Source: an uncultured bacterium
GTDB lineage: Bacteria; Hydrothermota; UBA3073; NMUJ01; CBEVQO01
Assembly: GCA_965552055.1 (NCBI GenBank)
Contig: CBEVQO010000001.1
Coordinates: forward strand, 160,001-224,000
Reading direction: 5' to 3'
Length of the DNA: 64,000 bases
Positions 32,501 through 42,224 of the stretch are shown here, in pieces. The translations under genes and the position numbers were made by a program. The notes under the pieces were generated by a model, which saw only the letters and a list, made by a program, of their open reading frames with translations, had not been told where the DNA came from and did not search any database. Each line of letters begins with the position of its first letter. Within the stretch, counting starts at the first letter, position 1.

Positions 32501-35500
32501 CTTCTTCCTCCCTATCTCTTATTATCTCGGGGTCAAGACAAAGACCCCTCAATTCACTTAGTAAAACACCCAGGGATGTGGGAACCCCGGGTTCCGGTAA
32601 TTTCTCACCTTTTAAAAGTGCTTCATATGTTTTCTTCCTTCCAACGATATCATCCGATTTTACGGTTATCATCTCCTGCAAAGTATACGCTGCACCATAT
32701 GCCTCGAGTGCCCATACCTCCATCTCTCCGAACCTCTGACCGCCTGCACGAGCTTTACCACCAAGTGGCTGCTGGGTTATCAAAGAGTATCTGCCAATAG
32801 CTCTCGCATGTATCTTATCTTCTGCCATATGTATTAGTTTTAGCATATACATGTATCCCACAGTCACTTTCTCCTTAAAGGGCTTTCCTGTTCTACCATC
32901 GTATAACTTTACCTTTCCATCTTCTGGAATTTTTGCTTCCTTCATCGCTTCTTTTATCTCTTTAATAGAAGCTCCGGAAAAAACAGGGGTTATTGCTCTA
33001 AACTTTAATTTGGCTGCTGCCCAGCCAAGATGTGTCTCGAGAATTTGACCAACATTCATTCTCGATGGAACACCCAGAGGATTTAGCACCATATCAACAG
33101 GCGTACCATCTTCAAGGTAAGGCATATCCTCTTCCGGAACTATTTTGGCTATAGTACCTTTATTCCCGTGTCTTCCCGATAATTTATCTCCAAGTGTAAG
33201 ATTCCTCTTCTGTGCAACAAATACTCTTACTGCTTTTAAAACACCGGGGTCAAGTGGGTCTCCTTCTTCTGCTTTTATCATCTCCTCTTGCTCCTTTTCT
33301 TTCAACTCTTCTATTTTCTCCCTATACAAACCGAGTAATTCTTTTTCTTTTTGCTTATCTTTGCAATCTTTCAAAAGGTTATTCAATTCTTCTTTTAATC
33401 TTTTTCTCATCTTCGAATATTTCTTTTTGATCTTCTCCTGTCTCCTTTCTACTTCTCTCCAGAAGATAGGGTCATCGCTTTTCCTTGATAACACCTGAAC
33501 ATCAACAACAACCCCTCTGAAACCCGGTGGCACCCTCAAAGATGTATTCTTTACATCTGTGGACTTCTCTGCAAATATCGCTCTCAACAAACGCTCCTCA
33601 GGAGCAAGTTCTTTTTCTCCCCTCGGAGTAATTTTACCAACAAGAATATCACCTTCATCAACATAAGCACCAATTCTTACAATACCAAATTCATCGAGAT
33701 TTGCAAGGTCTTCTTCGGGTACATCGGGCAATTCCCTTGTTATCTGCTCGGGACCCAATTTCGTATCTCTAACTTCGACATAAAATTCTTTTATCGTGAC
33801 AGATGTGTAAATATCATCTTTCACAAGCCTTTCACTTATCACAATGGCATCCTCATAATTATATCCCCTCCATGGCATAAATGCAACGAGCACATTCTTA
33901 CCAAGAGCAAGTTCACCCTGAGATGTAGCAGGACCATCCGCTATAACTTCTCCAGCCTTTACTTTTTGACCTACTTTAACTATTGGTCTCTGATTTATAA
34001 CTGTATCCTGATTTGTTCTCAAAAATTTCTTCAAAGGATAATAATCGAACTCAAGAATAGCATCATCGGGTTTTATAACAATTTCATCGGAAGAGACCGA
34101 CACAACTGTTCCCGCTCTTTTCGCCAGCACAACATAAGCACTATCTCTTGCTATCCTCTTCTCCATACCAGTTGCTATTAACGGTGGCTCAGTATAAAGC
34201 AGTGGCACAGCTTGACGCTGCATGTTAGAACCCATCAAAGCTCTATTAGCATCGTCATGCTCAAGAAACGGAATTAAAGAACTGGATAAACTTACAAGTT
34301 GCTTCGGCGAAACATCCATGTAATCAACTTCGTCAACCTTTACAAGAGGATATTCTCCTTTCCTTCGAGCAAGTACAAGCGGACCTTTTAATCTACCATT
34401 TTCATCTACAGGTGCATTTGCCTGAGCAATGGTATGTTTGTCTTCTTCATCTGGTGACATATAAACTATCTCATCCGTAACTTTGCCCTTAACTACTTTC
34501 CTGTAAGGCGTCCTTATAAATCCCATCTCATCTATCCTCGCATAAACCGCAAGTGAATTTATAACACCGATATTTGGACCCTCAGGCGTCTCAATCGGAC
34601 ATATTTTACCGTAATGTGAATAATGAACATCCCTCTGCTCAAGACCAGCTGTCTCCCTGGTTAAACCTCCCGGACCCATCTTCGATAATCTTCTCTTATG
34701 CGTCAGCTCCGATAAAGGATTCGTCTGTTCAAGAAACTGAGAAAGAGGATTCGTAGCAAAGAAACTTTCAATCACACTTTGAACAATTTTAACATTTATC
34801 AAACTCTGAGGCGTTATTTTCCTATCACGGGGTGATAAAAGTGTCATCTTCTCTTTTATACCAATTACAAGTCTCCTCAATGCTATTCTATATTGCTCTT
34901 CCAGTAATTCACAAACTCTTCTTACTCTTTTATTTGAAATGTGTTCTTCATCATCCGGCAAAATCTCCGCTCGTGATAGTTTTAAAATACCTTTCACAAC
35001 ATCAATTATATCCTGAGGAGTTAAACAAAATGCTTTTATATCCCTCCCGAATCTTCTGTTCATTTTGTATCTTCCCATCTCACCTAGATAAAAGCGGTCA
35101 GGATTAAAGTAATTTGTATTAAGTAAGTCTTCTGCAAGCTTAACATTTTGAGGTTCTGTGCCTCTTAATACACGATGAATCTTCTTCAAAGCACCTATCC
35201 TTGTTGATGTCTTATCAGCCTGCAAAGTTTTTATTATATAAACATTTTCCTTATCCCCTATCACTTCGATCTCTTCTTTCTCTCCCTTTTCGAGTAATGC
35301 ATCAACATGCTCTTTTGTAATCTCCTCACCTACTTTTATAAACACCTCGTTATTTATCTTTACTTCTTCAGCCGAAATTTCACCCACAGCATCTTTTACT
35401 TTAACTTTTTTAATCTTATGAAACTCCTCCACCATTTGCCTATCGGTATATCCAAGGGCTCTCAAAAATGTTGTTATCGGTACTTTACGATGCCTGTCAA

Positions 35501-36086
35501 GATAAATTACCATCCTATCATTGCCTGTTGTCTGTATCTTTATCCATGCACCCCTTTCCGGGATTATCTCACCTATATAAATCCTTCTGCCTTCTTTTTC
35601 TACTTCTTCCTTGAAATAAACACCAGGACCTTTCCTTATCTGCATCACAAGTGTTCTTTCCACACCATTTATTATGAAACTACCCGTGGGTGTCATAAGC
35701 GGTATCTCACCGAGATATGTCCATTGCTCCTGGGTGCCTTTCAATTTTCCATCTTCCATAAAGTGAAGCCTGAATTTAACTCGCAAAGGCGCACCATAAG
35801 TTATGCCTTTCTCAAGCGCCTCCTCAGGAGTGTATTTGGGCTCACCAACCTGATACTCCACAAACTCAAGACGAAATCTACCATGTTGGTCCTCCACAGG
35901 AAATTCCTCATTAAAGACCTTCTGCAAGCCCCTGTTCTTCCTTTCGGAAGGCTTTACCTCTTTTTGCAGAAACATCTTAAAAGATTCCAGCTGAGGCTCT
36001 ATGAGAAAAGGAGGCTCTGTAACATCTTTTATCTTGGAATAGTCTCTAATAGTAAATTCCTCTATTTTTAAATCTTTCCTATACAT
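32481..36086 (-). CDS. rpoB: RNA polymerase beta subunit
   Basis: ETPEGPNIG, HDDANRALMGSNMQRQ, GDKLSGRHGNKG, GQRFGEME. Confidence 0.99.
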   Translation of the reverse strand: MYRKDLKIEEFTIRDYSKIKDVTEPPFLIEPQLESFKMFLQKEVKPSERKNRGLQKVFNEEFPVEDQHGRFRLEFVEYQVGEPKYTPEEALEKGITYGAPLRVKFRLHFMEDGKLKGTQEQWTYLGEIPLMTPTGSFIINGVERTLVMQIRKGPGVYFKEEVEKEGRRIYIGEIIPERGAWIKIQTTGNDRMVIYLDRHRKVPITTFLRALGYTDRQMVEEFHKIKKVKVKDAVGEISAEEVKINNEVFIKVGEEITKEHVDALLEKGEKEEIEVIGDKENVYIIKTLQADKTSTRIGALKKIHRVLRGTEPQNVKLAEDLLNTNYFNPDRFYLGEMGRYKMNRRFGRDIKAFCLTPQDIIDVVKGILKLSRAEILPDDEEHISNKRVRRVCELLEEQYRIALRRLVIGIKEKMTLLSPRDRKITPQSLINVKIVQSVIESFFATNPLSQFLEQTNPLSELTHKRRLSKMGPGGLTRETAGLEQRDVHYSHYGKICPIETPEGPNIGVINSLAVYARIDEMGFIRTPYRKVVKGKVTDEIVYMSPDEEDKHTIAQANAPVDENGRLKGPLVLARRKGEYPLVKVDEVDYMDVSPKQLVSLSSSLIPFLEHDDANRALMGSNMQRQAVPLLYTEPPLIATGMEKRIARDSAYVVLAKRAGTVVSVSSDEIVIKPDDAILEFDYYPLKKFLRTNQDTVINQRPIVKVGQKVKAGEVIADGPATSQGELALGKNVLVAFMPWRGYNYEDAIVISERLVKDDIYTSVTIKEFYVEVRDTKLGPEQITRELPDVPEEDLANLDEFGIVRIGAYVDEGDILVGKITPRGEKELAPEERLLRAIFAEKSTDVKNTSLRVPPGFRGVVVDVQVLSRKSDDPIFWREVERRQEKIKKKYSKMRKRLKEELNNLLKDCKDKQKEKELLGLYREKIEELKEKEQEEMIKAEEGDPLDPGVLKAVRVFVAQKRNLTLGDKLSGRHGNKGTIAKIVPEEDMPYLEDGTPVDMVLNPLGVPSRMNVGQILETHLGWAAAKLKFRAITPVFSGASIKEIKEAMKEAKIPEDGKVKLYDGRTGKPFKEKVTVGYMYMLKLIHMAEDKIHARAIGRYSLITQQPLGGKARAGGQRFGEMEVWALEAYGAAYTLQEMITVKSDDIVGRKKTYEALLKGEKLPEPGVPTSLGVLLSELRGLCLDPEIIRDREEEDGTKSS

Positions 36087-36103
36087 GGTTTTTACTTAAA
36101 ATT

Positions 36104-36487
36104 TTATTTAATTTCACAAACTGCGCCTGCGCCCTCTAATTTTTTCTTTATCGATTCGGCTTCCTCTTTCGATACTTTCTCCTTAACAGCTTTTGGCGCT
36201 CCATCAACCAGTGCTTTCGCTTCTTTCAAACCGAGTCCCGTTATCTCTCTTACAGCTTTTATAACAGCAATCTTATTATCTCCCACTTCCTTAAGTATTA
36301 CATCGAATTCCGTCTTCTCAGCTGCTTCTTCTTTTGCAGCAGGTGCAGCCCCGGGAGCAGCAACAGCAACAGGAGCAGCTTTCACACCAAAACGCTCCTC
36401 TAACTCCTTCACAAGCTCGGCAAGCTCCATCACCGACATGTTTTCTATTAACTCAATCACCTTTTCTTTTGCTGTTTTTTCAGCCAT
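36104..36487 (-). CDS. rplL: 50S ribosomal protein L7/L12
   Basis: [27 protein letters not shown]. Confidence 0.98.
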   Translation of the reverse strand: MAEKTAKEKVIELIENMSVMELAELVKELEERFGVKAAPVAVAAPGAAPAAKEEAAEKTEFDVILKEVGDNKIAVIKAVREITGLGLKEAKALVDGAPKAVKEKVSKEEAESIKKKLEGAGAVCEIK

Positions 36488-36490
36488 TTT

Positions 36491-37033
36491 TCACCCCTCT
36501 TTTTCTTTCTTCTCTTTTATTTGATTTAAAACCAAAACAAAGTTCTGTAAAACACCCCTCAATGTAAAAATAAGCCCCGATAAGGGAGAAGCAATCCCTG
36601 CAACTACCTTTGCTATTAACTCATCACGCGAAGGTAACCTCGACAATTCATTTATAGCTCTCGCATCATAAACTTTGCCCTCTATAATCCCTCCTTTTAT
36701 TTTCAATTTACCCGTATCACTCGCTATTTTTGTTAACAATTTCGAAGCAGAAACAGGGTCATCTCCAAAGCAAATACCAGTTGGTCCCTTCACAAATTCC
36801 TTCATCTGCTCCCAGCCAAGTTTATCAAAAATTCTTTTTATTATCGTATTCTTCAAAACCTTATACTGCAATCGCTGTTCCTTTATCTTTTTTCGCATAT
36901 CCATCATCTCATTGGCTGTAAGCCCAGTGAAATCCGTAAGTATTACCGATGCAGAATTTCTAAATTTCTCACTGAATTCTTCCACCATCTTTGCTTTTTG
37001 CTCCTTCTTTATTATCTTCTTCTTAGGAGGCAC
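36491..37033 (-). CDS. rplJ: 50S ribosomal protein L10
   Basis: KVLKNT, GPT, LPSRDEL; synteny. Confidence 0.95.
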   Translation of the reverse strand: MPPKKKIIKKEQKAKMVEEFSEKFRNSASVILTDFTGLTANEMMDMRKKIKEQRLQYKVLKNTIIKRIFDKLGWEQMKEFVKGPTGICFGDDPVSASKLLTKIASDTGKLKIKGGIIEGKVYDARAINELSRLPSRDELIAKVVAGIASPLSGLIFTLRGVLQNFVLVLNQIKEKKEKEG

Positions 37034-37724
37034 TATGCACCTCCTTCATTAACTTCAGCAAATCTAGTTTAACACTCGGACTCATAGTCGTTGATAGATG
37101 AACACTCTGAATATATGTTCCTTTAAAATCACCGGGTTTTGCATCAAGTATTGCCCTCATAAATTCTTTAACATTCTCACACAAATGCTCGGTAGGAAAA
37201 TTTACTTTTCCAACAGGTCCATGAATGCATCCTGTTTTATCAATTTTGAAATCTATTTTACCTTTCTTTGCCTGAGAAACTGCTTCTTTCACATTATCCG
37301 TCACTGTGCCGGTTTTCGGGGAAGGCATTAAGCCCCTTGGACCCAGTATCTTACCGAGTTTCGCTACCTTCCTCATTATATCAGGTGTTGCTATAACATA
37401 ATCAAATTCTAACCAGCCTTTTTCAATCTTTGAGATATATTCATCGCCTCCAACATAATCAGCACCAGCTTCCTGGGCATCTTTCACCTTAGACTCAGTC
37501 AAAACAAGGACTTTCTTCTCCTTACCAGTACCATAGGGCAGAACAACCGAACCCCTCACGGAATATCTCCTTGGGTCTACACCTAATTTCACCGAAAGCT
37601 CAACTGTTTCAACAAATTTCGCACTCTGCAAACCTTTTAATGTCTCAATTGCTTCCCTTAATTCATATAGCTTTGTTCTGTCAACTTTTTCCAGCAATGC
37701 CCTATATCTTTTGCCACGCTTCAT
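37023..37724 (-). CDS. rplA: 50S ribosomal protein L1
   Basis: [26 protein letters not shown]. Confidence 0.97.
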   Translation of the reverse strand: MKRGKRYRALLEKVDRTKLYELREAIETLKGLQSAKFVETVELSVKLGVDPRRYSVRGSVVLPYGTGKEKKVLVLTESKVKDAQEAGADYVGGDEYISKIEKGWLEFDYVIATPDIMRKVAKLGKILGPRGLMPSPKTGTVTDNVKEAVSQAKKGKIDFKIDKTGCIHGPVGKVNFPTEHLCENVKEFMRAILDAKPGDFKGTYIQSVHLSTTMSPSVKLDLLKLMKEVHSAS

Positions 37725-38152
37725 TATCCCTCCACTACTTCAATCCCCATACTTCTAGCTGTACCCTCAATTATTTTTATCGCTTTTTCAAGATCAGTTG
37801 TATTCAAATCTTTCATCTTCATCTTCGCAATTTCCTCAACCTGTTTTCTTGTCACTTTCCCAACCATTTTCCTTTTAGCCTCACCAGAACCCTTTGCAAG
37901 ACCGGCAGCGCGCTTCAGAAGAACAGAAGCAGGAGGTGATTTCAAGGTTATATCAAAACTCCTATCCTCATAAATCGTAACGATGACAGGAATAATAAGG
38001 TCTTCCTGACCCTTTGTCTTTTCATTAAATTCTTTACAGAATTGCATTATGTTTATGCCATGAGGTCCAAGAGATGTACCAACAGGCGGAGCAGGAGTGG
38101 CATTACCCCCCTGTATCTGCAACTTAACAACTGCTTTTACTCTTTTAGCCAT
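37724..38152 (-). CDS. rplK: 50S ribosomal protein L11
   Basis: [21 protein letters not shown]. Confidence 0.98.
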   Translation of the reverse strand: MAKRVKAVVKLQIQGGNATPAPPVGTSLGPHGINIMQFCKEFNEKTKGQEDLIIPVIVTIYEDRSFDITLKSPPASVLLKRAAGLAKGSGEAKRKMVGKVTRKQVEEIAKMKMKDLNTTDLEKAIKIIEGTARSMGIEVVEG

Positions 38153-38685
38153 CAGTAAACTGGCTCAACCTGCCAGAAATTTACTTCAACAGGAGTCTTC
38201 CTGCCAAACACAGTAATAACCACCCTCAACCTCTGCCTGTCTCTGTAAACCGCCTCTATCTCGCCACAAAAATCAGCAAAAGGCCCATCAATTATCCTGA
38301 CAGAATCACCTTCTTTAAAAGGTACCTCTGCAACAGGCGCTCCCTCTTTCTCCTTGCCAGACAAACTCAAAACAACAGCCATCTCTTCGTCCTTAACAGG
38401 TTGAGGACCCCTGCCTTTACCAGCAAAATATAAAACACCTCTTACACCAGAAATTACCTTCATAAGCTCTTCTTTATCTTCCATCTTAATCCATATATAC
38501 CCCGGATATAAACGCTTGTCAACGGTAACTTTGCCCTTTTTGCTCATTTTCGCAACTTTCTTTGTGGGAATAAAAACTTCATCAACATATTCATCTAGCC
38601 CATGAGCAGATATCTCTTCCTCTATCAATTTTTTAATAATATGCTCCCTGCCTGTCTGAACCCTAACCACAAACCACTTTTTCAT
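38152..38685 (-). CDS. nusG: Transcription factor NusG (start moved to MKKWFVV, overlapping the secE stop)
   Basis: WFVV..GRE, YPGY, KOW motif [15 protein letters not shown]. Confidence 0.95.
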   Translation of the reverse strand: MKKWFVVRVQTGREHIIKKLIEEEISAHGLDEYVDEVFIPTKKVAKMSKKGKVTVDKRLYPGYIWIKMEDKEELMKVISGVRGVLYFAGKGRGPQPVKDEEMAVVLSLSGKEKEGAPVAEVPFKEGDSVRIIDGPFADFCGEIEAVYRDRQRLRVVITVFGRKTPVEVNFWQVEPVY

Positions 38686-38870
38686 CTTAAAATACCTCTC
38701 ATTAAAAATGCAAAGAGGTTGTCCATTAAACCAATGATAATAGCAAAGATAATAGAAAGTACAATAACTATCCATGTAGATGTCCAGACACTTTCCCTTG
38801 AAGGCCAATCCATCCTCTTTAATTCGGTCACCATCTCCCTGAAAAATATTTTCACTTTATCCCACTTCAT
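38682..38870 (-). CDS. secE: Preprotein translocase SecE
   Basis: ELKRMDWPSR plus one TM helix; synteny. Confidence 0.93.
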   Translation of the reverse strand: MKWDKVKIFFREMVTELKRMDWPSRESVWTSTWIVIVLSIIFAIIIGLMDNLFAFLMRGILR

Positions 38871-38876
38871 AATAAA

Positions 38877-38949
38877 CAGGCCCGGGAGGATTTGAACCCC
38901 CAGCCTTCGGATTTGGAGTCCGACGCTCTGCCACTTGAGCTACGGGCCC
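38877..38949 (-). tRNA. tRNA-Trp (CCA), no encoded CCA end
   Basis: Acceptor stem GGGCCCG/CGGGCCT, anticodon loop CTCCAAA, TTCAAAT T-loop. Confidence 0.93.
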
Positions 38950-39101
38950 TAAACCTTAACCTCCTGATGAACAGTATGCTTCCTGCATACAGGACAATAC
39001 TTCCTGAATTGCAACTTCTTTTGCCTCATCTCCTTCTTCTTCGTAGTAGTGTAATTCCTGCTCTTACACTCCTTACACTGTAATGCCACTATAATCCTCA
39101 T
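38949..39101 (-). CDS. rpmG: 50S ribosomal protein L33, zinc-binding form (50 aa, absent from the ORF track)
   Basis: [21 protein letters not shown]...[15 protein letters not shown]. Confidence 0.96.
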   Translation of the reverse strand: MRIIVALQCKECKSRNYTTTKKKEMRQKKLQFRKYCPVCRKHTVHQEVKV

Positions 39102-39111
39102 CACATCCCCC

Positions 39112-39184
39112 AGCCCATGGCCGGATTCGAACCGGCGACCTCTGCCTTACCAAGGCAGCGCTCTAACCCCTGAGCTACATGGGC
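39112..39184 (-). tRNA. tRNA-Thr (GGT)
   Basis: GCCCATG/CATGGGC stem; loop CTTGGTAA; GTTCGAATC. Confidence 0.94.
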
Positions 39185-39257
39185 AGCGGGCGACGGGGCT
39201 CGAACCCGCGACCTCCGGCTTGGAAGGCCGGTGCTCTACCAGCTGAGCTACGCCCGC
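39185..39257 (-). tRNA. tRNA-Gly (TCC)
   Basis: GCGGGCG/CGCCCGC stem; loop CTTCCAA. Confidence 0.94.
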
Positions 39258-39258
39258 A

Positions 39259-39342
39259 TGGGGAGGGAAGGATTCGAACCTTCGAAGGCACTCGGCCAGC
39301 AGATTTACAGTCTGCCCCCTTTGTCCACTCGGGCACCTCCCC
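39259..39342 (-). tRNA. tRNA-Tyr (GTA)
   Basis: GGGGAGG/CCTCCCC stem; loop CTGTAAA; long variable arm. Confidence 0.94.
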
Positions 39343-39343
39343 A

Positions 39344-39415
39344 AGCCACCGGTGGGACTCGAACCCACAACCTGCTGATTACAAATCAGCCGCTCTTCCA
39401 TTGAGCTACGGCGGC
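39344..39415 (-). tRNA. tRNA-Thr (TGT)
   Basis: GCCGCCG/CGGTGGC stem; loop TTTGTAA. Confidence 0.94.
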
Positions 39416-39428
39416 CTTTCCAATCCTA

Positions 39429-39455
39429 TTTATATCCAAAATGCTAATTTGTCAA
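39429..39455 (-). promoter_or_regulatory. Candidate promoter TTGACA-N15-TATAAA(T) for the tRNA/ribosomal superoperon
   Basis: Immediately upstream of the first tRNA. Confidence 0.65.
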
Positions 39456-39508
39456 GCTAAAATTTTAAAAATTTTTAATTGACAAAAATGAATTTAAGGA
39501 TATTAATT

Positions 39509-39832
39509 ATGATGAACTTTGTCGAAAAAATAAAAAAGTTGGGAGGCGATAAACTCCTCCTAAAATTCGGCGAATCTTTTGACTTAAGTGAAGACATCGT
39601 ATTTGTCGTTAAAACCGATAGGGGATGCGAAGTTCTATTATCTCCCGAAAGAATCCGCAAAATAATTGTAACGGGAATCCCTTATTTTAACCCAAAATAC
39701 GGATGGGTAAGAGAAAAAGAATGTGCAGATGCATTGCTAAACTGGAGGATAAAAAGGTTACAGGGACCAACTGCAATGGAGCCAGTTGAAAGAAAACATG
39801 GTATGGCTAAGAATAAAAATAAAAGTAGGTGA
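39509..39832 (+). CDS. Hypothetical protein (start probably ATG 39509 or 39512, downstream of TTGACA at 39479)
   Basis: Open frame with host-like composition; no family recognised. Confidence 0.5.
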   Translation: MMNFVEKIKKLGGDKLLLKFGESFDLSEDIVFVVKTDRGCEVLLSPERIRKIIVTGIPYFNPKYGWVREKECADALLNWRIKRLQGPTAMEPVERKHGMAKNKNKSR

Positions 39833-39902
39833 AAAAGAAATTGAAACATCCGCTATCGAACATCCCAAACTTCGTGAAAGTGCATCAGAGGAATACTGGT
39901 AA
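39798..39902 (+). pseudogene. Internally deleted paralog of the retropepsin-like gene (34 aa)
   Basis: MVWLRIKIKVGEKEIETSAI and EHPKLRESASEEYW match the two ends of 10752..11183 (MAVNIKIKIKSQTGKEIETIAL and EQKLRKSFPPQFW). Confidence 0.6.
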
Positions 39903-39911
39903 AATTTTTGA

Positions 39912-39938
39912 TTGACATATCCATACTTTCATTATCTT
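39912..39938 (+). promoter_or_regulatory. sigma70-type promoter TTGACA-N15-TATCTT for murA; GTG 5 nt downstream
   Basis: Hexamers read directly; the GTG gives a typical MurA N-terminus. Confidence 0.7.
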
Positions 39939-39943
39939 ATTAT

Positions 39944-41197
39944 GTGGAAAAATTCGTAATCGAAGGAGGTCACAAATTAAAAGGCAAAATCAAAATATCA
40001 GGCTCTAAAAATGCAACCCTCCCCATAATGGCAGCTTCCCTCCTATGCTCAGACGAAATAATATTGCATAATGTGCCTCATCTTCGTGATGTAAAAACGA
40101 TGTCAAAAATATTACAGAAAATAGGAGCAAAAGTTCAATTTGATGAAAACACTTTAATCATAAACTCAAAAGATGCAAACCTGCCTGAGGCACCTTATGA
40201 ACTCGTCTCTCAAATGAGGGCATCCTTCCTTGTAGCAGGTCCTCTCATCGCCCGCTTCGGATACGCCAAAGTATCAAGACCGGGAGGATGTGTAATCGGT
40301 GCAAGACCGATTGATGAACATCTGCACGGGCTCAAAGCACTTGGAGCAGATATAAAAGAAGAGCACGGTTACTTAATCTTCAGAACAAATTCCTTAAAAG
40401 GTGCAAAAATTTACATGAACGAAAAATCGGTTACAGCAACAGAAAATATAATAATGGCAGCAGTGAAGGCAAAAGGAAAAACCGAAATAATAAATCCTGC
40501 AATAGAACCCCATGTACAGGAATTGATAAAATTCTTAAATAAAATGGGTGCAAAAATTCATTTTGATACTGAAAAAATCGAAATCGAGGGAGTTGAAAAA
40601 TTAAATCCAGTTGAATTTACAATAACTTCGGATTACATTGAAGCAGGCACTTTTATGATGGCAACAGCTATAACACAGGGAGATGTGTTCCTTGATGGCG
40701 CTATTTATGAGCATTCCATTGCAGAAATAACGAAATTGCAGGAAATGGGAGTCGAAATCAAAAAAGAGAGTACAGGAATTAGAGTGAAATGCACAAAAAG
40801 GGTTAAACCTGTAAATGTTAAAACTGCACCTTTCCCGGGTTTCCCGACAGACCTTCAACCCCAAATATGCGCTTTATTAACATGTGCAGATGGAGTAAGT
40901 ATAGTTGAAGAAGCTATGTACGAAAACAGATTCAGTCATATACCAGAATTACAAAGGATGGGTGCAAAAATTGAATTAGCGGAAAGGAAAATAATAATTG
41001 AAGGTGTAAAAAGGTTATCGGGTGCAAAGGTCATGGCATCGGATATAAGAGCAGGAGCTGCCCTCACAATAGCAGGCTTGCAGGCAGAAGGCGAAACAGA
41101 AGTTTTGAGAGTTTATCACATTGACAGAGGATATGAAAAATTAGATGAAAAATTAAAATCACTTGGTGCAAAGATAAGAAGGGAGCATTATGACTAA
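39944..41197 (+). CDS. murA: UDP-N-acetylglucosamine 1-carboxyvinyltransferase (start moved to GTG 39944, MEKFVIEGG)
   Basis: SGSKNA, MRAS, PGGCVIGARP, FPTDLQ, DIRAG, HIDRGYE. Confidence 0.97.
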   Translation: MEKFVIEGGHKLKGKIKISGSKNATLPIMAASLLCSDEIILHNVPHLRDVKTMSKILQKIGAKVQFDENTLIINSKDANLPEAPYELVSQMRASFLVAGPLIARFGYAKVSRPGGCVIGARPIDEHLHGLKALGADIKEEHGYLIFRTNSLKGAKIYMNEKSVTATENIIMAAVKAKGKTEIINPAIEPHVQELIKFLNKMGAKIHFDTEKIEIEGVEKLNPVEFTITSDYIEAGTFMMATAITQGDVFLDGAIYEHSIAEITKLQEMGVEIKKESTGIRVKCTKRVKPVNVKTAPFPGFPTDLQPQICALLTCADGVSIVEEAMYENRFSHIPELQRMGAKIELAERKIIIEGVKRLSGAKVMASDIRAGAALTIAGLQAEGETEVLRVYHIDRGYEKLDEKLKSLGAKIRREHYD

Positions 41198-42224
41198 AAA
41201 AGTAAAAATAGGAAATGTGGTAATCGGAGGCGGAGAAAGGATAAAAATACAATCCATGACAAAATCATTAACACAGGATAAAGAAGAAACTTTAAAACAA
41301 ATCAAAAATCTCGAAAGAGCGGGATGTGATATTTGCAGGATAGCAATTCCCGATGAGGAATCGGCCAGATTGATAAAATATTATAAAGAAAGGACTACTC
41401 TTCCAATAGTGGCAGATATACATTTTGACTATAGATTGGCGATTTTATCGATAAAAGAAGGCGCCGATAAAGTAAGGATAAATCCCGGAAATATTTCAAA
41501 GGATAAGATAAAGGAAATAATAAAATGTGCAAAGGATTATGGAATACCAATAAGGATAGGAGTAAATGCGGGCTCACTTGAGAAGGATATTTTGGAGAAG
41601 TATGGCAAACCAACGCCCGATGCACTTTTTGAGAGCATCAAAAGGAATGTTGAATTTTTCCTTGAAAATGATTTTGATAATCTTGTGCTATCTGCAAAAT
41701 CCTCAAATGTTCTTGATACTATTAAAGTTTACAGGAAGATACATAAACATTTTGATTTCCCGTTGCATATAGGAGTCACTGAGGCAGGTCCTTCTTATAT
41801 TGGAGTTACGAAATCTGCAATAGGTATTTCTTCTCTTTTGATGGAAGGAATAGGAGACACGATAAGGGTTTCGCTTTCTGCCCCACCTGAAGAAGAGGTT
41901 TATGTTGCAAAGGAGATTTTGAAAGCAGTTGGTTTACTCAAAGGTCCTGAAATTATATCATGTCCAATGTGCGGTAGAGCAGAATTCGACGTTGAGCGAG
42001 TAGCAAAAGAATTAATGGAGCGACTTATTAACTTTGAAAAGCAGGTAAAGATAGCTATTATGGGATGTGTTGTGAATGGACCTGGTGAAGCCAAAGAGGC
42101 AGATGTCGGGGTTACAGGAAGCAAAGGAGTTGGTGTAATCTTTAAACATGGCAAAATAATAAAAAGAGTGAGAGAAAAAGATTTATTAGATGAATTAATA
42201 AAAATAATATGCGAGGAATTGTGA
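41190..42224 (+). CDS. ispG: HMBPP synthase
   Basis: IQSMT, ADIHFD, RINPGN, HIGVTEAG, SCPMCGR, MGCVVNGPGE. Confidence 0.97.
   Translation: MTKKVKIGNVVIGGGERIKIQSMTKSLTQDKEETLKQIKNLERAGCDICRIAIPDEESARLIKYYKERTTLPIVADIHFDYRLAILSIKEGADKVRINPGNISKDKIKEIIKCAKDYGIPIRIGVNAGSLEKDILEKYGKPTPDALFESIKRNVEFFLENDFDNLVLSAKSSNVLDTIKVYRKIHKHFDFPLHIGVTEAGPSYIGVTKSAIGISSLLMEGIGDTIRVSLSAPPEEEVYVAKEILKAVGLLKGPEIISCPMCGRAEFDVERVAKELMERLINFEKQVKIAIMGCVVNGPGEAKEADVGVTGSKGVGVIFKHGKIIKRVREKDLLDELIKIICEEL

Noticed and set aside
23940..36071. Long antisense ORFs (e.g. 23940..24578, 27876..28280, 35307..36071)
   Set aside because: Shadows of tuf, the coiled-coil gene and rpoB; no motifs or RBS
38686..38808. N-terminal extension of NusG in the ORF track
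   Set aside because: It overlaps secE in another frame; NusG homology starts at 38685
38892..39460. ORFs 38892..39083, 39147..39401 and 39179..39460
   Set aside because: They overlap tRNA genes and rpmG; spurious translations
39908..39943. N-terminal extension of MurA from TTG 39908
   Set aside because: It spans the promoter; GTG 39944 gives the typical N-terminus
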